Shown here in pieces: positions 20,712 through 31,092 of a DNA stretch of 64,000 bases. Every line of letters begins with the position of its first letter. Position 1 is the stretch's first letter. Under the pieces are notes generated by a model that was given only the letters and a program-made list of their open reading frames with translations, searched no databases and was not told the origin of the DNA. The stretch spans positions 480,001 to 544,000 of the forward strand of contig CAVQBA010000006.1 in assembly GCA_963710605.1 (NCBI GenBank), given 5' to 3'. The DNA comes from an uncultured cyanobacterium. GTDB lineage: Bacteria; Cyanobacteriota; Cyanobacteriia; Cyanobacteriales; Cyanobacteriaceae. The position numbers and the translations under genes are program-made.

Positions 20712-22052
20712 TTAGCCATTTTTCCAAATTAAAAAGGTTTTAGTCAAATCTGTTATTATATCACTTTTTTTTTGCTTTTCTTGCTGCCATTTTTGTTGAA
20801 TATCTTTAACTATTTCATAAGTTATAGAATGAGTAAAATTTAATTTGAACAAATAATCTAATGGTTGATTATTTTTAATCATTGAGGTGATAACTGGTAA
20901 AATTTCGGGAATATCACCTAAACAATGAAAACCGACAATTTGTTGCGATCGATTTAAAATAATTTTGAGAAAATAACTATGATAACTATTATTAGTCATG
21001 AAGCTAGAAGAAGAGATTAAAGAAGAATGTAAACGAATAATTTTAATACCTTTACCATATAATAACCGAGCTTGTTTTTCGGTACAACCTAAATGATAAA
21101 TAGGTGGATTTGTGGGTAAGCAATATGGTATTTGACTATAGTCTGTATGTTGCCAAGGAATGAATAAAGCATTTTTAACCGCTATTTTACTTTCATACTC
21201 ACTGATATTGTCTAAACGATAACCACCTAAAGAATCACCACAGGCATAAATATTAGGGTTATCAGTTTGTAATTTAGAATTGACAATAATTTTGTGACGA
21301 TCGATTTTAATACCAAGATTATTTAATTGTAAACGATCGGGCTTTTTCTGCGTATCAGTTTCAGTAAAAATTACTTGCTCATATTGAGTATCAATATCAA
21401 TATGTTGATAATTTATTACACTAAAATGAAACTTAATTCCTTGAGCTTCTAAATATAGTTGTAATTGCCATGATATATCTTCATCTTCGTAAGGTAATAA
21501 GCAGTTATTTGTACTAAACAAACTAATATCTTTACCTAAATTAATTAAACGAATAGCTAAATAAATAGCGGTAATATCTTGACCGATAATTGCTATTTTT
21601 GTTGGTAAACTTGACCATTTATTTTCTAGAATAATTTGATCAAGAGTAACTGACTTCAAATGAGAGTGATAATTATCAAAAAGAATAACCTCTGGTGGAA
21701 TATTTAATAAATAATCAGAAGTAGTTATTATATCTCTACTAGTTTGGATAGCTAGTTTTTTATTGGGAATAAACTTAAACTGATCATTAATAATATCAAG
21801 CCCTAATTGTTGGCAATGAGAAATTAAATATTGATCCAAAATAAGCTGTTCTTCAGCTACAAACTCATCATAATTAAGAGAAGATTCATTTATTAGATAA
21901 TGGTTTTTATACTTATTAAGAAATAACGACTTATCATCTAAATAATTAAGATTAATTAAAGCCGTTCTTGCCTGAAACCGAAGAGCATATTCAGCGATTA
22001 ATAAACTTTGGGCTAAATTACCAATAATAATCAGATCATATGCTACTTTCAT
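20712..22052 (-). CDS. Divergent pyridine nucleotide-disulfide oxidoreductase family protein
   Basis: YDLIIIG, LQTDNPNIYACGD, dimerisation-domain-like C-terminus; GxGxxG and redox CxxxxC motifs are absent. Confidence 0.75.
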   Translation of the reverse strand: MKVAYDLIIIGNLAQSLLIAEYALRFQARTALINLNYLDDKSLFLNKYKNHYLINESSLNYDEFVAEEQLILDQYLISHCQQLGLDIINDQFKFIPNKKLAIQTSRDIITTSDYLLNIPPEVILFDNYHSHLKSVTLDQIILENKWSSLPTKIAIIGQDITAIYLAIRLINLGKDISLFSTNNCLLPYEDEDISWQLQLYLEAQGIKFHFSVINYQHIDIDTQYEQVIFTETDTQKKPDRLQLNNLGIKIDRHKIIVNSKLQTDNPNIYACGDSLGGYRLDNISEYESKIAVKNALFIPWQHTDYSQIPYCLPTNPPIYHLGCTEKQARLLYGKGIKIIRLHSSLISSSSFMTNNSYHSYFLKIILNRSQQIVGFHCLGDIPEILPVITSMIKNNQPLDYLFKLNFTHSITYEIVKDIQQKWQQEKQKKSDIITDLTKTFLIWKNG

Positions 22053-22207
22053 AAATGAGTAACGAGTAATGAGTAATGAGTAAGGAGTAAGAAGTAAAAA
22101 GTGTTCATTGTTGATTATTCATTGTTAATTGTAAAGATTGCTTTTTAGTGAGTGGATGTTTCATAATTAATTTAAGGATACATGAATCAACAAAACAAGA
22201 CGATAAA

Positions 22208-23203
22208 ATGGTAACAGACATCGAATCTCAACTACAAACTTTAAGCGAATCAGCCCAAAATGCGATCGCCGAGGTAGATAGTTTATCTTCATTAGAAGAA
22301 TTAAGAATTAAATATCTCGGTAAAAAAGGAGAATTATCCCTAATTTTAAAGGGAATGGGTAAATTATCAGCCCAAGAGCGTCCAAAAATTGGTGCGATCG
22401 CTAACGAGATAAAAACCAAGATTCAAGATCGTCTCACTAATCAACATCAAGAATTAGAAAAAGCTCAGATTAAGGCTAAAATAGCCTCAGAAACGATCGA
22501 TGTCACCATGCCGGGGGTGAGTAGTCCTTTAGGTAAAATTCACCCGTTACAAAGCACGATCGATCGAGTTATTGATATATTTGTTGGTTTAGGATACACA
22601 GTAGCAGAAGGACCGCAAATAGAGAGTGACTATTACAACTTTACCGCACTCAATACCCCGCCTGATCATCCGGCTCGTGATATGCAAGATACCTTTTATT
22701 TTGATGATGGTAATCTATTACGAACTCATACTTCTTCTGTACAAATTCGCTACATGGAAAACCACGAGCCACCAATTAGAGTGATTGCCCCTGGGCGTGT
22801 TTATCGTCGTGACACTGTTGATGCGACTCATTCGGCTGTTTTTCACCAAATTGAAATATTAGCGATCGACAAAGGTTTAACCTTTGGTGATTTGAAAGGT
22901 ACAATTAAAGAATTTCTCAAACAAATGTTTGGTGATGACTTACCCACTGTCTTTCGTGCCAGTTATTTCCCTTTTACCGAACCATCAGCAGAAGTTGACG
23001 TACAATGGCAAGGTAAATGGCTAGAAGTTCTCGGTTGTGGTATGGTCGATCCTAATGTATTAAAAGCCGTTGGTTATGATCCAGAAGTCTATACAGGTTT
23101 TGCCGCAGGATTAGGTGTAGAACGTTTTGCCATGATTCAACACAAAATTGATGATATTCGTCGTCTTTACAATAGTGATCAACGTTTCCTCAAACAATTT
23201 TAA
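22208..23203 (+). CDS. pheS: Phenylalanine-tRNA ligase alpha subunit
   Basis: [28 protein letters not shown]. Confidence 0.98.
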   Translation: MVTDIESQLQTLSESAQNAIAEVDSLSSLEELRIKYLGKKGELSLILKGMGKLSAQERPKIGAIANEIKTKIQDRLTNQHQELEKAQIKAKIASETIDVTMPGVSSPLGKIHPLQSTIDRVIDIFVGLGYTVAEGPQIESDYYNFTALNTPPDHPARDMQDTFYFDDGNLLRTHTSSVQIRYMENHEPPIRVIAPGRVYRRDTVDATHSAVFHQIEILAIDKGLTFGDLKGTIKEFLKQMFGDDLPTVFRASYFPFTEPSAEVDVQWQGKWLEVLGCGMVDPNVLKAVGYDPEVYTGFAAGLGVERFAMIQHKIDDIRRLYNSDQRFLKQF

Positions 23204-23384
23204 TGTGAGTAAGAAGTAATAGGTAATAAATAGCGAATTTATCACCTAAGTACTAAGACAAAATGAATTGTGTATTTTGATTCTGCTTTTATTTTAAATC
23301 AATTAAATATTTACGTGAGGAAAGGGTACAATCCCAATCCCCCTAAAATTAAATGTACAAACAACTTTTTTGGACAAGTACTTA

Positions 23385-23418
23385 TTAACTCTTAACTCTT
23401 AACTCTTAACTCTTAACT
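23385..23418. repeat. Heptamer array (TTAACTC)
   Basis: About 5 units read directly. Confidence 0.8.
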
Positions 23419-23425
23419 ATTTATT

Positions 23426-24355
23426 GTGTTTTTTAGTATTGTAATTCCTACATATAACCGTTTACCAATTTTGCAAAAATGTCTTTCTGCTTTAGAAAAA
23501 CAGCAACGGCAAGATGATTTAATCACCGATTACGAAATAATTGTGGTTGATGATGGATCTACCGATGAAACATTGTCTTGGTTAGATACAAATCAAGCAA
23601 ATCTACCTCATGTCAAACTGTTTTGTCAAAATCATCGTGGAGCGGCGATCGCTCGTAATTTTGGGGTAGAAAAAGCTCAGGGAGATTGGATTATTTTTAT
23701 TGATAGTGATTTAGTCGTTACCGAAAATTTTTTACAAGCCCATGCCCAAGCATTAGATTTAGCTCAAAAACAACAAAGAGACGATCGTGTTTTTACTTAT
23801 GGTGCAGTAATTAATACTTGTAACTTTGATCATCCTACCTCCGAACCATACAAAATTACTGACTTTTCCGCCGCCTATTTTGCCACAGGTAATGTAGCGA
23901 TCGAGAAAAAATGGCTCGTAGAAGCAGGATTATTTGATCCCATGTTTAGTCAATACGGCTGGGAAGATTTAGAATTAGGAGTCAGACTAAAAAAATTAGG
24001 ATTAAAACTAGTTAAATGCCCTCAAGCAGTTGGTTATCATTGGCATCCGCCATTTGAGCTAGAACAAATACCTCAACTGATAGAAAAAGAAATCGAAAGG
24101 GGAAAAATGGGAGTGTTATTTTATCAAAAACATCCTACTTATGAAGTCAAAATGATGATCCAAATGACCAAACTACATCAAATTTTATGGGGCGTTTTGT
24201 CATTAGGAGGTAAACTTAACGAAAATACTCTTAAGCCATTATTACAATGGTTGATTAATCAAGGTAAACCACAACTAGCCTTAGAAATAGCTCGAATATT
24301 TTTAAATTGGTATAACGTGCAGGGAGTATATTCTGCTTACAATCAAATTAAATAA
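23426..24355 (+). CDS. Glycosyltransferase family 2
   Basis: VIPTYN, VDDGSTD, FIDSD, GWEDLELG. Confidence 0.92.
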   Translation: MFFSIVIPTYNRLPILQKCLSALEKQQRQDDLITDYEIIVVDDGSTDETLSWLDTNQANLPHVKLFCQNHRGAAIARNFGVEKAQGDWIIFIDSDLVVTENFLQAHAQALDLAQKQQRDDRVFTYGAVINTCNFDHPTSEPYKITDFSAAYFATGNVAIEKKWLVEAGLFDPMFSQYGWEDLELGVRLKKLGLKLVKCPQAVGYHWHPPFELEQIPQLIEKEIERGKMGVLFYQKHPTYEVKMMIQMTKLHQILWGVLSLGGKLNENTLKPLLQWLINQGKPQLALEIARIFLNWYNVQGVYSAYNQIK

Positions 24356-24471
24356 CAAAATAATTTTATAAAAAAAATAACTATCTATAAAATTTGTCCA
24401 TATAATACTGTTAGACCAAAAATATAAAAACAAACATAAAATAAAAATTTATCAAGATTGAAGGGGGAAAA

Positions 24472-26604
24472 ATGACTGAAGTTTTAATTTTTTTAGCAGG
24501 TTTAGTAATTGGGGCGGGGATTTTATTTTTTCTCAATAAGGACAAAGTATCTTCTTCGGTTTTAGATAAAGAAAAACAAAAAGTATTAACTCAACAAGAG
24601 ACAGAATTTGAGAATAGAAAACAACAATTAATCTCATCATTAGAACAAGAATATCAAATTCGTGAAAATAAAAAATTAGCAAGTGCCGAAAAAAGTTACC
24701 AAAATAAAATTAGTGAGCTAGAAGCTAATCTCGTTTATTTACAATCAGGTAGTAACGATGTAACACAACTACAAAATCGCATCACTGAATTAGAAACTAA
24801 TAATACACAGCTAGAACAACAACTACAAAATCGCATCACTGAATTAGAAATCACTAACTCAGAATTAGAACAACAATTACACAATCGTATTGCCGAAACC
24901 CAAACTAACAGTCTAGAAATAGAACAACAATTACAAAATCGAATTAGCGAACTAGAAACGACCAACTTAGAAATAGAACAACAATTACAAAGTAAAGTTG
25001 CTCAATCAGAAGTTGAAGAAAATCAGCTAAATGAACTTAATCAGACAATAGCTAATTTAGAACAACAACTAGCTCAAACTCAAGAAAATAATCAATTACA
25101 GATAGAAGATTATCAATCACAAATTAATAATTTACGTGAGACGATAGCCTCTAACAATGAAGTTGAAGATACCGCTCAAGTAATGCTTGGTACAGCAGTT
25201 GGTTTAGCCGCCGCTAGTGAAGTAATTAATGCAGTTACTGAAGAATTAGAAAATATCGCATCTACTGAAGAAGTTGAAGTTGAAGAATTAGAAGACATCA
25301 CACCTGAGAATGATCAAACCGATCAAGCGATCGAAGATATTGCTTATCAAAGTACCGAAGATTTTATTCCCGAAGAGGAAATAGAAGACGATAATTCTCC
25401 TAGTGTAGAAATGAGTCTTGGTAATAATGATGTCTTTGAAGAAGAAATTGAAGCTGAAGAATTAGTCGATTTTGAACCGGCAGTTGAGGTATATGACGAT
25501 CAAACTCCAGAAATTTTATCCTTAGATGAAATTAGTAATGAAGCAATACAACAAATAGATGATATCGAATCGATACCCGAACTTTCTAATAATGTAGAAG
25601 GTGTTATTAAATTAGACGAAATTAGTGATCAACAAATAGATGATTTTAATGAGTTTGAACTTAATCAAGATGTCAATGATGATGTAGAATCTTTTGAGCC
25701 ATTCTTGGAGTTAAATGAAGACGATAATCTAGTTGATGAAAATGACAATGAGGAATTTAATTTTGCTACTGATGAAGTAGAAGAGTTAAGCGAATCAGCT
25801 TTTGATTTTGCTTCAGAATCAGATAACGAAGAAATTCAAACTTCTCTTGGATTAAACGAGCTTACCCCAGAGCAAACAACTGATTTTGGTATAGTTAGTG
25901 ATGAAAATATTGATTTAAACAATGATGAAGAGGCACTGTTTGATTTTGATTCAGAAATTGAACAAGAAAATATTGACACTAATTTAGAGCTACCAGATAT
26001 TATCGGTGAAGAAAGTAATGATTCTTCTCAAGTAACTGATTTTAGTGATGATGAAGATGCACTGTTTGATTTTGATTCAGAAATTGAACAAGAAAATATT
26101 GACACTAATTTAGAGTTACCAGATATTATCGGTGAAGAAAGTAATGATTCTTCTTTTGATTTGACGGGAGAAGTTGAAAGTTTAGATGATAACGATTTAA
26201 ATTTATCTTTGAATGATGAAGAGTTAAATTTTGATGAAATTGATGATTCTCCTGCGATAATTGAATCGGACAATTTATTTGGTGAAGATTTAGAGTTAAC
26301 TGATAACAATCAAGATTTGAGCCAAGTGGGTAGTTTAAATGATGATATTTTTGGTGAGGATTTAGAGTTAACTGATAATAATCAAGATTTGAACCAAATT
26401 GATGATACTTCCTCCGATAATGAGTTAAATTTTGATATTTTCAGCGATTCTGCTAGTGCAGAAGCCCAACCTGATTTAGATTTGTCATCTACTAACGATA
26501 ATGAAGATGATTTTGATTTTGATTTTGATTTCGGAGATGATGATTCTGATGAAGAAGTCGATTTAGATGCTTTATTAAATGATGATGATAATGACTTGAA
26601 ATAG
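24472..26604 (+). CDS. Membrane-anchored coiled-coil protein with long acidic tail
   Basis: N-terminal TM helix, 18-aa QLQNRITELE repeats, D/E-rich C-terminal two thirds with internal duplications. Confidence 0.8.
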   Translation: MTEVLIFLAGLVIGAGILFFLNKDKVSSSVLDKEKQKVLTQQETEFENRKQQLISSLEQEYQIRENKKLASAEKSYQNKISELEANLVYLQSGSNDVTQLQNRITELETNNTQLEQQLQNRITELEITNSELEQQLHNRIAETQTNSLEIEQQLQNRISELETTNLEIEQQLQSKVAQSEVEENQLNELNQTIANLEQQLAQTQENNQLQIEDYQSQINNLRETIASNNEVEDTAQVMLGTAVGLAAASEVINAVTEELENIASTEEVEVEELEDITPENDQTDQAIEDIAYQSTEDFIPEEEIEDDNSPSVEMSLGNNDVFEEEIEAEELVDFEPAVEVYDDQTPEILSLDEISNEAIQQIDDIESIPELSNNVEGVIKLDEISDQQIDDFNEFELNQDVNDDVESFEPFLELNEDDNLVDENDNEEFNFATDEVEELSESAFDFASESDNEEIQTSLGLNELTPEQTTDFGIVSDENIDLNNDEEALFDFDSEIEQENIDTNLELPDIIGEESNDSSQVTDFSDDEDALFDFDSEIEQENIDTNLELPDIIGEESNDSSFDLTGEVESLDDNDLNLSLNDEELNFDEIDDSPAIIESDNLFGEDLELTDNNQDLSQVGSLNDDIFGEDLELTDNNQDLNQIDDTSSDNELNFDIFSDSASAEAQPDLDLSSTNDNEDDFDFDFDFGDDDSDEEVDLDALLNDDDNDLK

Positions 26605-26741
26605 TCAGTCATCTTTATTTGATGGGAATAATTTACTCGGTAAATTGTCAATCGAACTAAGGAAAATATGGGTAAGGTGAAGAATTTTAATTGCCCATAA
26701 TTTTTTTGTAAATTTAAATTTTTTACTCTTCCTTATTCGGG

Positions 26742-26950
26742 CAGGGCTGTTTCATTCTCAAAAAGAAGAAAATAGCTATCTGCTCACAATAAATAGCTAG
26801 AAGCAAAAAATGAATAGCTAGAAGCTATTACTACATACTCGATCGAGTGATTTAGTCACATTGTCTTTTAACTATTAGAAAAAAACGGCTAAATTTACTG
26901 GTATTTCTGGCGTTGTAGAAATCACAAAAATAAGACATGAAACAGCCCTG
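26742..26950. mobile_element. 209-bp MITE, probably IS4-family derived
   Basis: Perfect 14-bp inverted repeats CAGGGCTGTTTCAT/ATGAAACAGCCCTG; 11-bp flanking duplication CCTTATTCGGG/CTTTATTCGGG. Confidence 0.85.
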
Positions 26951-27049
26951 CTTTATTCGGGGGGATGACTACATCTAAATAATCGATTAGTTTTTGGATT
27001 TATTCTTAATCGTTAGTTACGCTTTTTTTTTAAAATCGTAAAATAGTCA

Positions 27050-27496
27050 TCAATAATCTTTTTTCTTAGGAATGATTATTTTTTTGATCATTAGACAATT
27101 GCGATCGTCTTTCATGCAATCGTATCTTAATTCATCAGCAATAGCATACATCAATAAAATACCTTTGCCACCGACTACTAATGTTTCTTCTTCCTCTTTC
27201 TTTTGTTCTAGCAAAATTTGTTCTAATAAATTCCATGGTTTACCATAATCCCAAATTTTAATGACAATTTGCTCAAAATTAATTTTAATATCGATATCAA
27301 TTAAGGTTTCGGAAGGATGACAACAATGAGCATGACGTACCGTATTAGTAAAACCTTCAGCTAAAGCAAGTTGACATTTTAACCAGTCTTTATTGGCTAT
27401 CCAAGGTTGTTTGATTGTCTCAAATTTAGACAATACATATGGTAAGTTAATTAAATCACTTTTAACTTGAAATAAAATTTGATAAACAGGTTTCAA
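27050..27496 (-). CDS. Anti-sigma factor / RsbW-like ATP-binding protein
   Basis: LAEGFTNTVRHA, IWDYG, GGKGI. Confidence 0.85.
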   Translation of the reverse strand: MKPVYQILFQVKSDLINLPYVLSKFETIKQPWIANKDWLKCQLALAEGFTNTVRHAHCCHPSETLIDIDIKINFEQIVIKIWDYGKPWNLLEQILLEQKKEEEETLVVGGKGILLMYAIADELRYDCMKDDRNCLMIKKIIIPKKKDY

Positions 27497-27598
27497 GGTT
27501 GATTTTATCCTCTTTCGTGTAGTGGTGCTACAGTAGGGAATTGGATTGACATCCCCATGATATATTCGTTATTTTAACTCGTATTTTTTTTTATAACT

Positions 27599-28501
27599 AT
27601 GGATTTAGAGACTACAACTAAGTATTATCAATGGCAAAAATATAAATGTGCTTATACTAGCTACAATACAGATTTAGATAGTGAATATGCGATCGTTTTA
27701 ATTCATCCCGTCGGCGTGGGTTTATCAGGTATATTTTGGCATCGTTTCCTTAAAGCACAATCAGCTACTTCTTCATTACAAATGCCAATTTACAATCCTG
27801 ATTTATTAGGTTGTGGTGAAAGTGACTTAGTACGTATAGCCTATGATCCTAAAGATTGGGCAAGTCAATTAAATTATTTTATCAAAACGATCGTTAAAAA
27901 ACCTGTTATTTTAATCGTACAAGGGGCATCATTTCCGATCGCTATTTATATGGCTAGTGGAGAAGACAAGTCAGAGCAAATTAAAGGAATGATTTTATCA
28001 GGACCTCCTGCATGGAATATCATGATTAATGGCGGTAACTTAAGAATTAGTGAAATTGTCTGGAATGTCTTTTTTGACAATATCTTCGGTTCATTATTTT
28101 ATAAGTATGCTCGCCGTCGAGAATTTATTAAATCTTTTTCAATTAAACAACTTTTTGCTAACCCCGAAGACGTTGATGATGAATGGTTAGATATGCTAAG
28201 CGAAGCCGCAGTTGAGCCGAAAAATCGTTATGCCGTATTTTCTTTTTTAGCAGGTTTTTGGCGGAAAAATTACATCAAATTAATGAAAAAATTAGACCAA
28301 AAAATTCTTGTTTTAATGGGAGACAAAGCCACTAGCGTCAGTAAAGAAGGTTTTAAAGAAACACCTGAGCAAAGAATCGAATTGTATCAAAAAAATATAC
28401 CTAATGTAACAGGTGAAATCATCTCAGGTAGAAACGTATTACCCTACGAATCAACCGAGGAATTTTCAGCAAAAGTAGTTGATTTTTGTCAAGACTTTTA
28501 G
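27599..28501 (+). CDS. Alpha/beta-fold hydrolase-like protein
   Basis: IHPVGVG, DLLGCGES; nucleophile elbow is atypical (VQGAS). Confidence 0.8.
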   Translation: MDLETTTKYYQWQKYKCAYTSYNTDLDSEYAIVLIHPVGVGLSGIFWHRFLKAQSATSSLQMPIYNPDLLGCGESDLVRIAYDPKDWASQLNYFIKTIVKKPVILIVQGASFPIAIYMASGEDKSEQIKGMILSGPPAWNIMINGGNLRISEIVWNVFFDNIFGSLFYKYARRREFIKSFSIKQLFANPEDVDDEWLDMLSEAAVEPKNRYAVFSFLAGFWRKNYIKLMKKLDQKILVLMGDKATSVSKEGFKETPEQRIELYQKNIPNVTGEIISGRNVLPYESTEEFSAKVVDFCQDF

Positions 28502-28519
28502 TTAATAATAAATAAGAAC

Positions 28520-28615
28520 AATCCCCCTCAATCCCCCTCAATCCCCCTCAATCCCCCTTCGTAAGGGGGACTTAATGATAATAACTGTTATCAGTTTTAT
28601 TTAAATTGGTATAAA
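28520..28615. repeat. Composite dispersed repeat: (ATCCCCCTCA)n + CCCCTT..AAGGGG hairpin + TTTTATTTAAATTGGTATAA end
   Basis: Related modules at 30215-30297 and 34061-34093. Confidence 0.75.
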
Positions 28616-28716
28616 AATGAACGATCGTTAATTATCAAAAACAAGCTCTCAAACTAAATAATTCAACTAACCAAAAGATTTAATAAAGAACATTATTAAT
28701 TATTAATTAGAAAACC

Positions 28717-29982
28717 ATGGATAAAATACAAGCTGTTAAAGGCACAAAAGATATTCTCCCGGAAGAGATAGTTTATTGGCAATATTTAGAAAAAACAGCC
28801 GAGCAAATTTTAAACAAAGCCTGTTACCAAGAAATTAGAACGCCAATATTTGAATATACACCTTTATTTGAAAGGGGAATTGGTGAAGCAACCGATGTAG
28901 TTGGTAAGGAAATGTATAGTTTTACCAGCAAAGGACAAAAAAGTAAAAGTATAACATTACGCCCAGAAGGTACAGCCGGTGTTGCTAGAGCTTATCTTGA
29001 AAATAAACTGTTCGCTAGTGGCGGTGTGCAAAAACTATGGTACTCAGGGGCTATGTTTCGTTATGAACGTCCAGGTGCAGGAAGACAAAGACAGTTTCAC
29101 CAGATAGGATTGGAATTATTAGGTAGTGATTCTCCTCGTGCTGATGTTGAAGTGATTGCGATCGCTACAGATATATTGAATAATTTGGGTTTAAAAAATT
29201 TGAGTTTACAGTTAAATTCAGTAGGAGATAAGATAAGTAGAGAAAAATATAGACAAGTATTAGTAGATTATCTAACCCCATACAAGGACGATTTAGATAC
29301 TGATTCAGTCGATAGGCTTACTCGTAACCCCCTGCGTATTTTAGATAGTAAAGACCCTAAAACACAAGAAATAACTGTTAATGCTCCTAGTATTATTGAT
29401 TATCTCAGTGATGAATCTCGTCAACACTTTGAACGTGTTTGTATTTTATTAACCGAATTAGGTATTAGCTATGAACTAAATCCTCGTTTAGTTAGAGGTT
29501 TAGACTATTACACTCACACAGCTTTTGAAATTCAATCGGCTGATTTAGGCTCTCAAGCTACGGTTTGCGGAGGTGGTAGGTATGATGGCTTAATCTCTCA
29601 ATTAGGAGGGGGAGAAACACCAGCTATTGGCTGGGCAATGGGTATGGAAAGATTAATCTTACTTTTACAAAATCTTCAACCACAACAAGCGGATGCACCT
29701 GATATTTATTTTGTTTCTCGTGGCGAAAAAGCGGAAAATAGAGCTTTAGTTGTTGCCCAAGAATTACGTAAAGCCAGTTACACTGTTGAATTGGATTTGA
29801 GCGGTAGTAAATTCACTAAGCAATTCAAAAGAGGTAATAGTAGTGGTGCTAAAATGTGTTTAATTTTGGGTGAAGAAGAAGAAAAAGCGAATATGATTCA
29901 ACTCAAAAATTTAGAAACAGGAGAGCAAGAAACTCTCGCTCAAGGTAATTTAATTACGTTCTTATCGTCTTTGAGTTCGTAA
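28717..29982 (+). CDS. hisS: Histidine-tRNA ligase
   Basis: LRPEGTA, FRYERP, VRGLDYY, GGGRYDG. Confidence 0.98.
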   Translation: MDKIQAVKGTKDILPEEIVYWQYLEKTAEQILNKACYQEIRTPIFEYTPLFERGIGEATDVVGKEMYSFTSKGQKSKSITLRPEGTAGVARAYLENKLFASGGVQKLWYSGAMFRYERPGAGRQRQFHQIGLELLGSDSPRADVEVIAIATDILNNLGLKNLSLQLNSVGDKISREKYRQVLVDYLTPYKDDLDTDSVDRLTRNPLRILDSKDPKTQEITVNAPSIIDYLSDESRQHFERVCILLTELGISYELNPRLVRGLDYYTHTAFEIQSADLGSQATVCGGGRYDGLISQLGGGETPAIGWAMGMERLILLLQNLQPQQADAPDIYFVSRGEKAENRALVVAQELRKASYTVELDLSGSKFTKQFKRGNSSGAKMCLILGEEEEKANMIQLKNLETGEQETLAQGNLITFLSSLSS

Positions 29983-29984
29983 TA

Positions 29985-30297
29985 TAACCCCTCTAAATCT
30001 CCCGTTGGAAAGGGGAGACTTTAATTAATAAATGTGGTGAGCTTTTGAGCATATATGTAGGTTGGGTTGAGTCGTAAAACCATTAACATATATGAGATTA
30101 ATAAAATATCAACGAAACCCAACAACCAACGTAATTAAGACCAAACTCAAAAAACAAAAAGATAGACAAAGACGATTTTAAATTATCAATCTTTCTTCCT
30201 AAATCCACAGGGCGTTCAATCCCCCTAAATCCCCCTTCCGAAGTGGGACTTACCAATAAATAATAACTGTTGCACATTTTATTTGAATTGGTATAAG
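29985..30297 (+). repeat. Composite dispersed repeat, copy A
   Basis: GGGGAGACTTTAATT..CCAACGTAATTAAGACCAAA..TTCAATCCCCCT, matching the reverse complement of 30910-31032. Confidence 0.8.
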
Positions 30298-30360
30298 GTT
30301 ACATATTATTAAGCACTAGAGAGATGGCGATATATCAAATTAACACAGCAGAGAATAACT

Positions 30361-30807
30361 CTATTCATCAAAAGAGCATTCAACAGTGATTTTGAGGCTA
30401 CTATTTGCTGTTCCTTCTGTTACATAAGGAATACCAGCTTTACCACCGATACTGACACCAAACTCTAGAGTAACTGTTTTGATATTGGCATTGGCAACTT
30501 TTTTGAAGGCGTTGAGAGTATAGTCAGTATAAGCTCTAATTGTATTTTCAATCGCTTGAAAATTTTGACTCATAGCATGATTAGTAGTGGAAGTTTCTTG
30601 GCGATTACCTCCTAAAATATTGTCTAATAAACCTTTATCTTCTAATTGTGCTTCTTCGGGAGTTAGTATTCTTGGCTGTTCTTCTGCTTGCTTTTCTCGA
30701 TCGTCTTGAGGTATATTAACTTCTTCTATCGCATTTTGAGCTTCAATGTAAATAATTGTATTATTGTCTAACTTGACAGGAGTAAGACGAGTTTTATTTC
30801 TAGACAT
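30361..30807 (-). CDS. Trypco1-like (CU044_2847-type) small protein
   Basis: PVKLDNNTIIYIEA N-terminus and VTLEFGVSIGGKAGIPYVTEGTANSSLKITVEC C-terminus; family assigned by recognition. Confidence 0.75.
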   Translation of the reverse strand: MSRNKTRLTPVKLDNNTIIYIEAQNAIEEVNIPQDDREKQAEEQPRILTPEEAQLEDKGLLDNILGGNRQETSTTNHAMSQNFQAIENTIRAYTDYTLNAFKKVANANIKTVTLEFGVSIGGKAGIPYVTEGTANSSLKITVECSFDE

Positions 30808-30909
30808 TTTATTCAAGAGACAATCGTTAATAATTTAAGTAAATCATAACCCAAAAATCTAAAGAAATATACAGCAAGTAACTGATACGTCTGGACATTT
30901 TAATCAAGT

Positions 30910-31032
30910 TTCCCCCTTATGTAAGGGGGATTAAGGGGGATTGAATCTTTTGGTGTTTTGAATTTGGTCTTAATTACGTTGGTTATCAATTAAAGTCTCC
31001 CCGTACCAAGGGGAGCAACACGAGGGGTTGTA
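30910..31032 (-). repeat. Composite dispersed repeat, copy B (inverted relative to A)
   Basis: TTTGGTCTTAATTACGTTGG..AATTAAAGTCTCCCC. Confidence 0.8.
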
Positions 31033-31092
31033 CATAGATAAAAATTAGAGCTAAAATAAACAAAATGTCAGCTAATCTCATAGATACATTTA

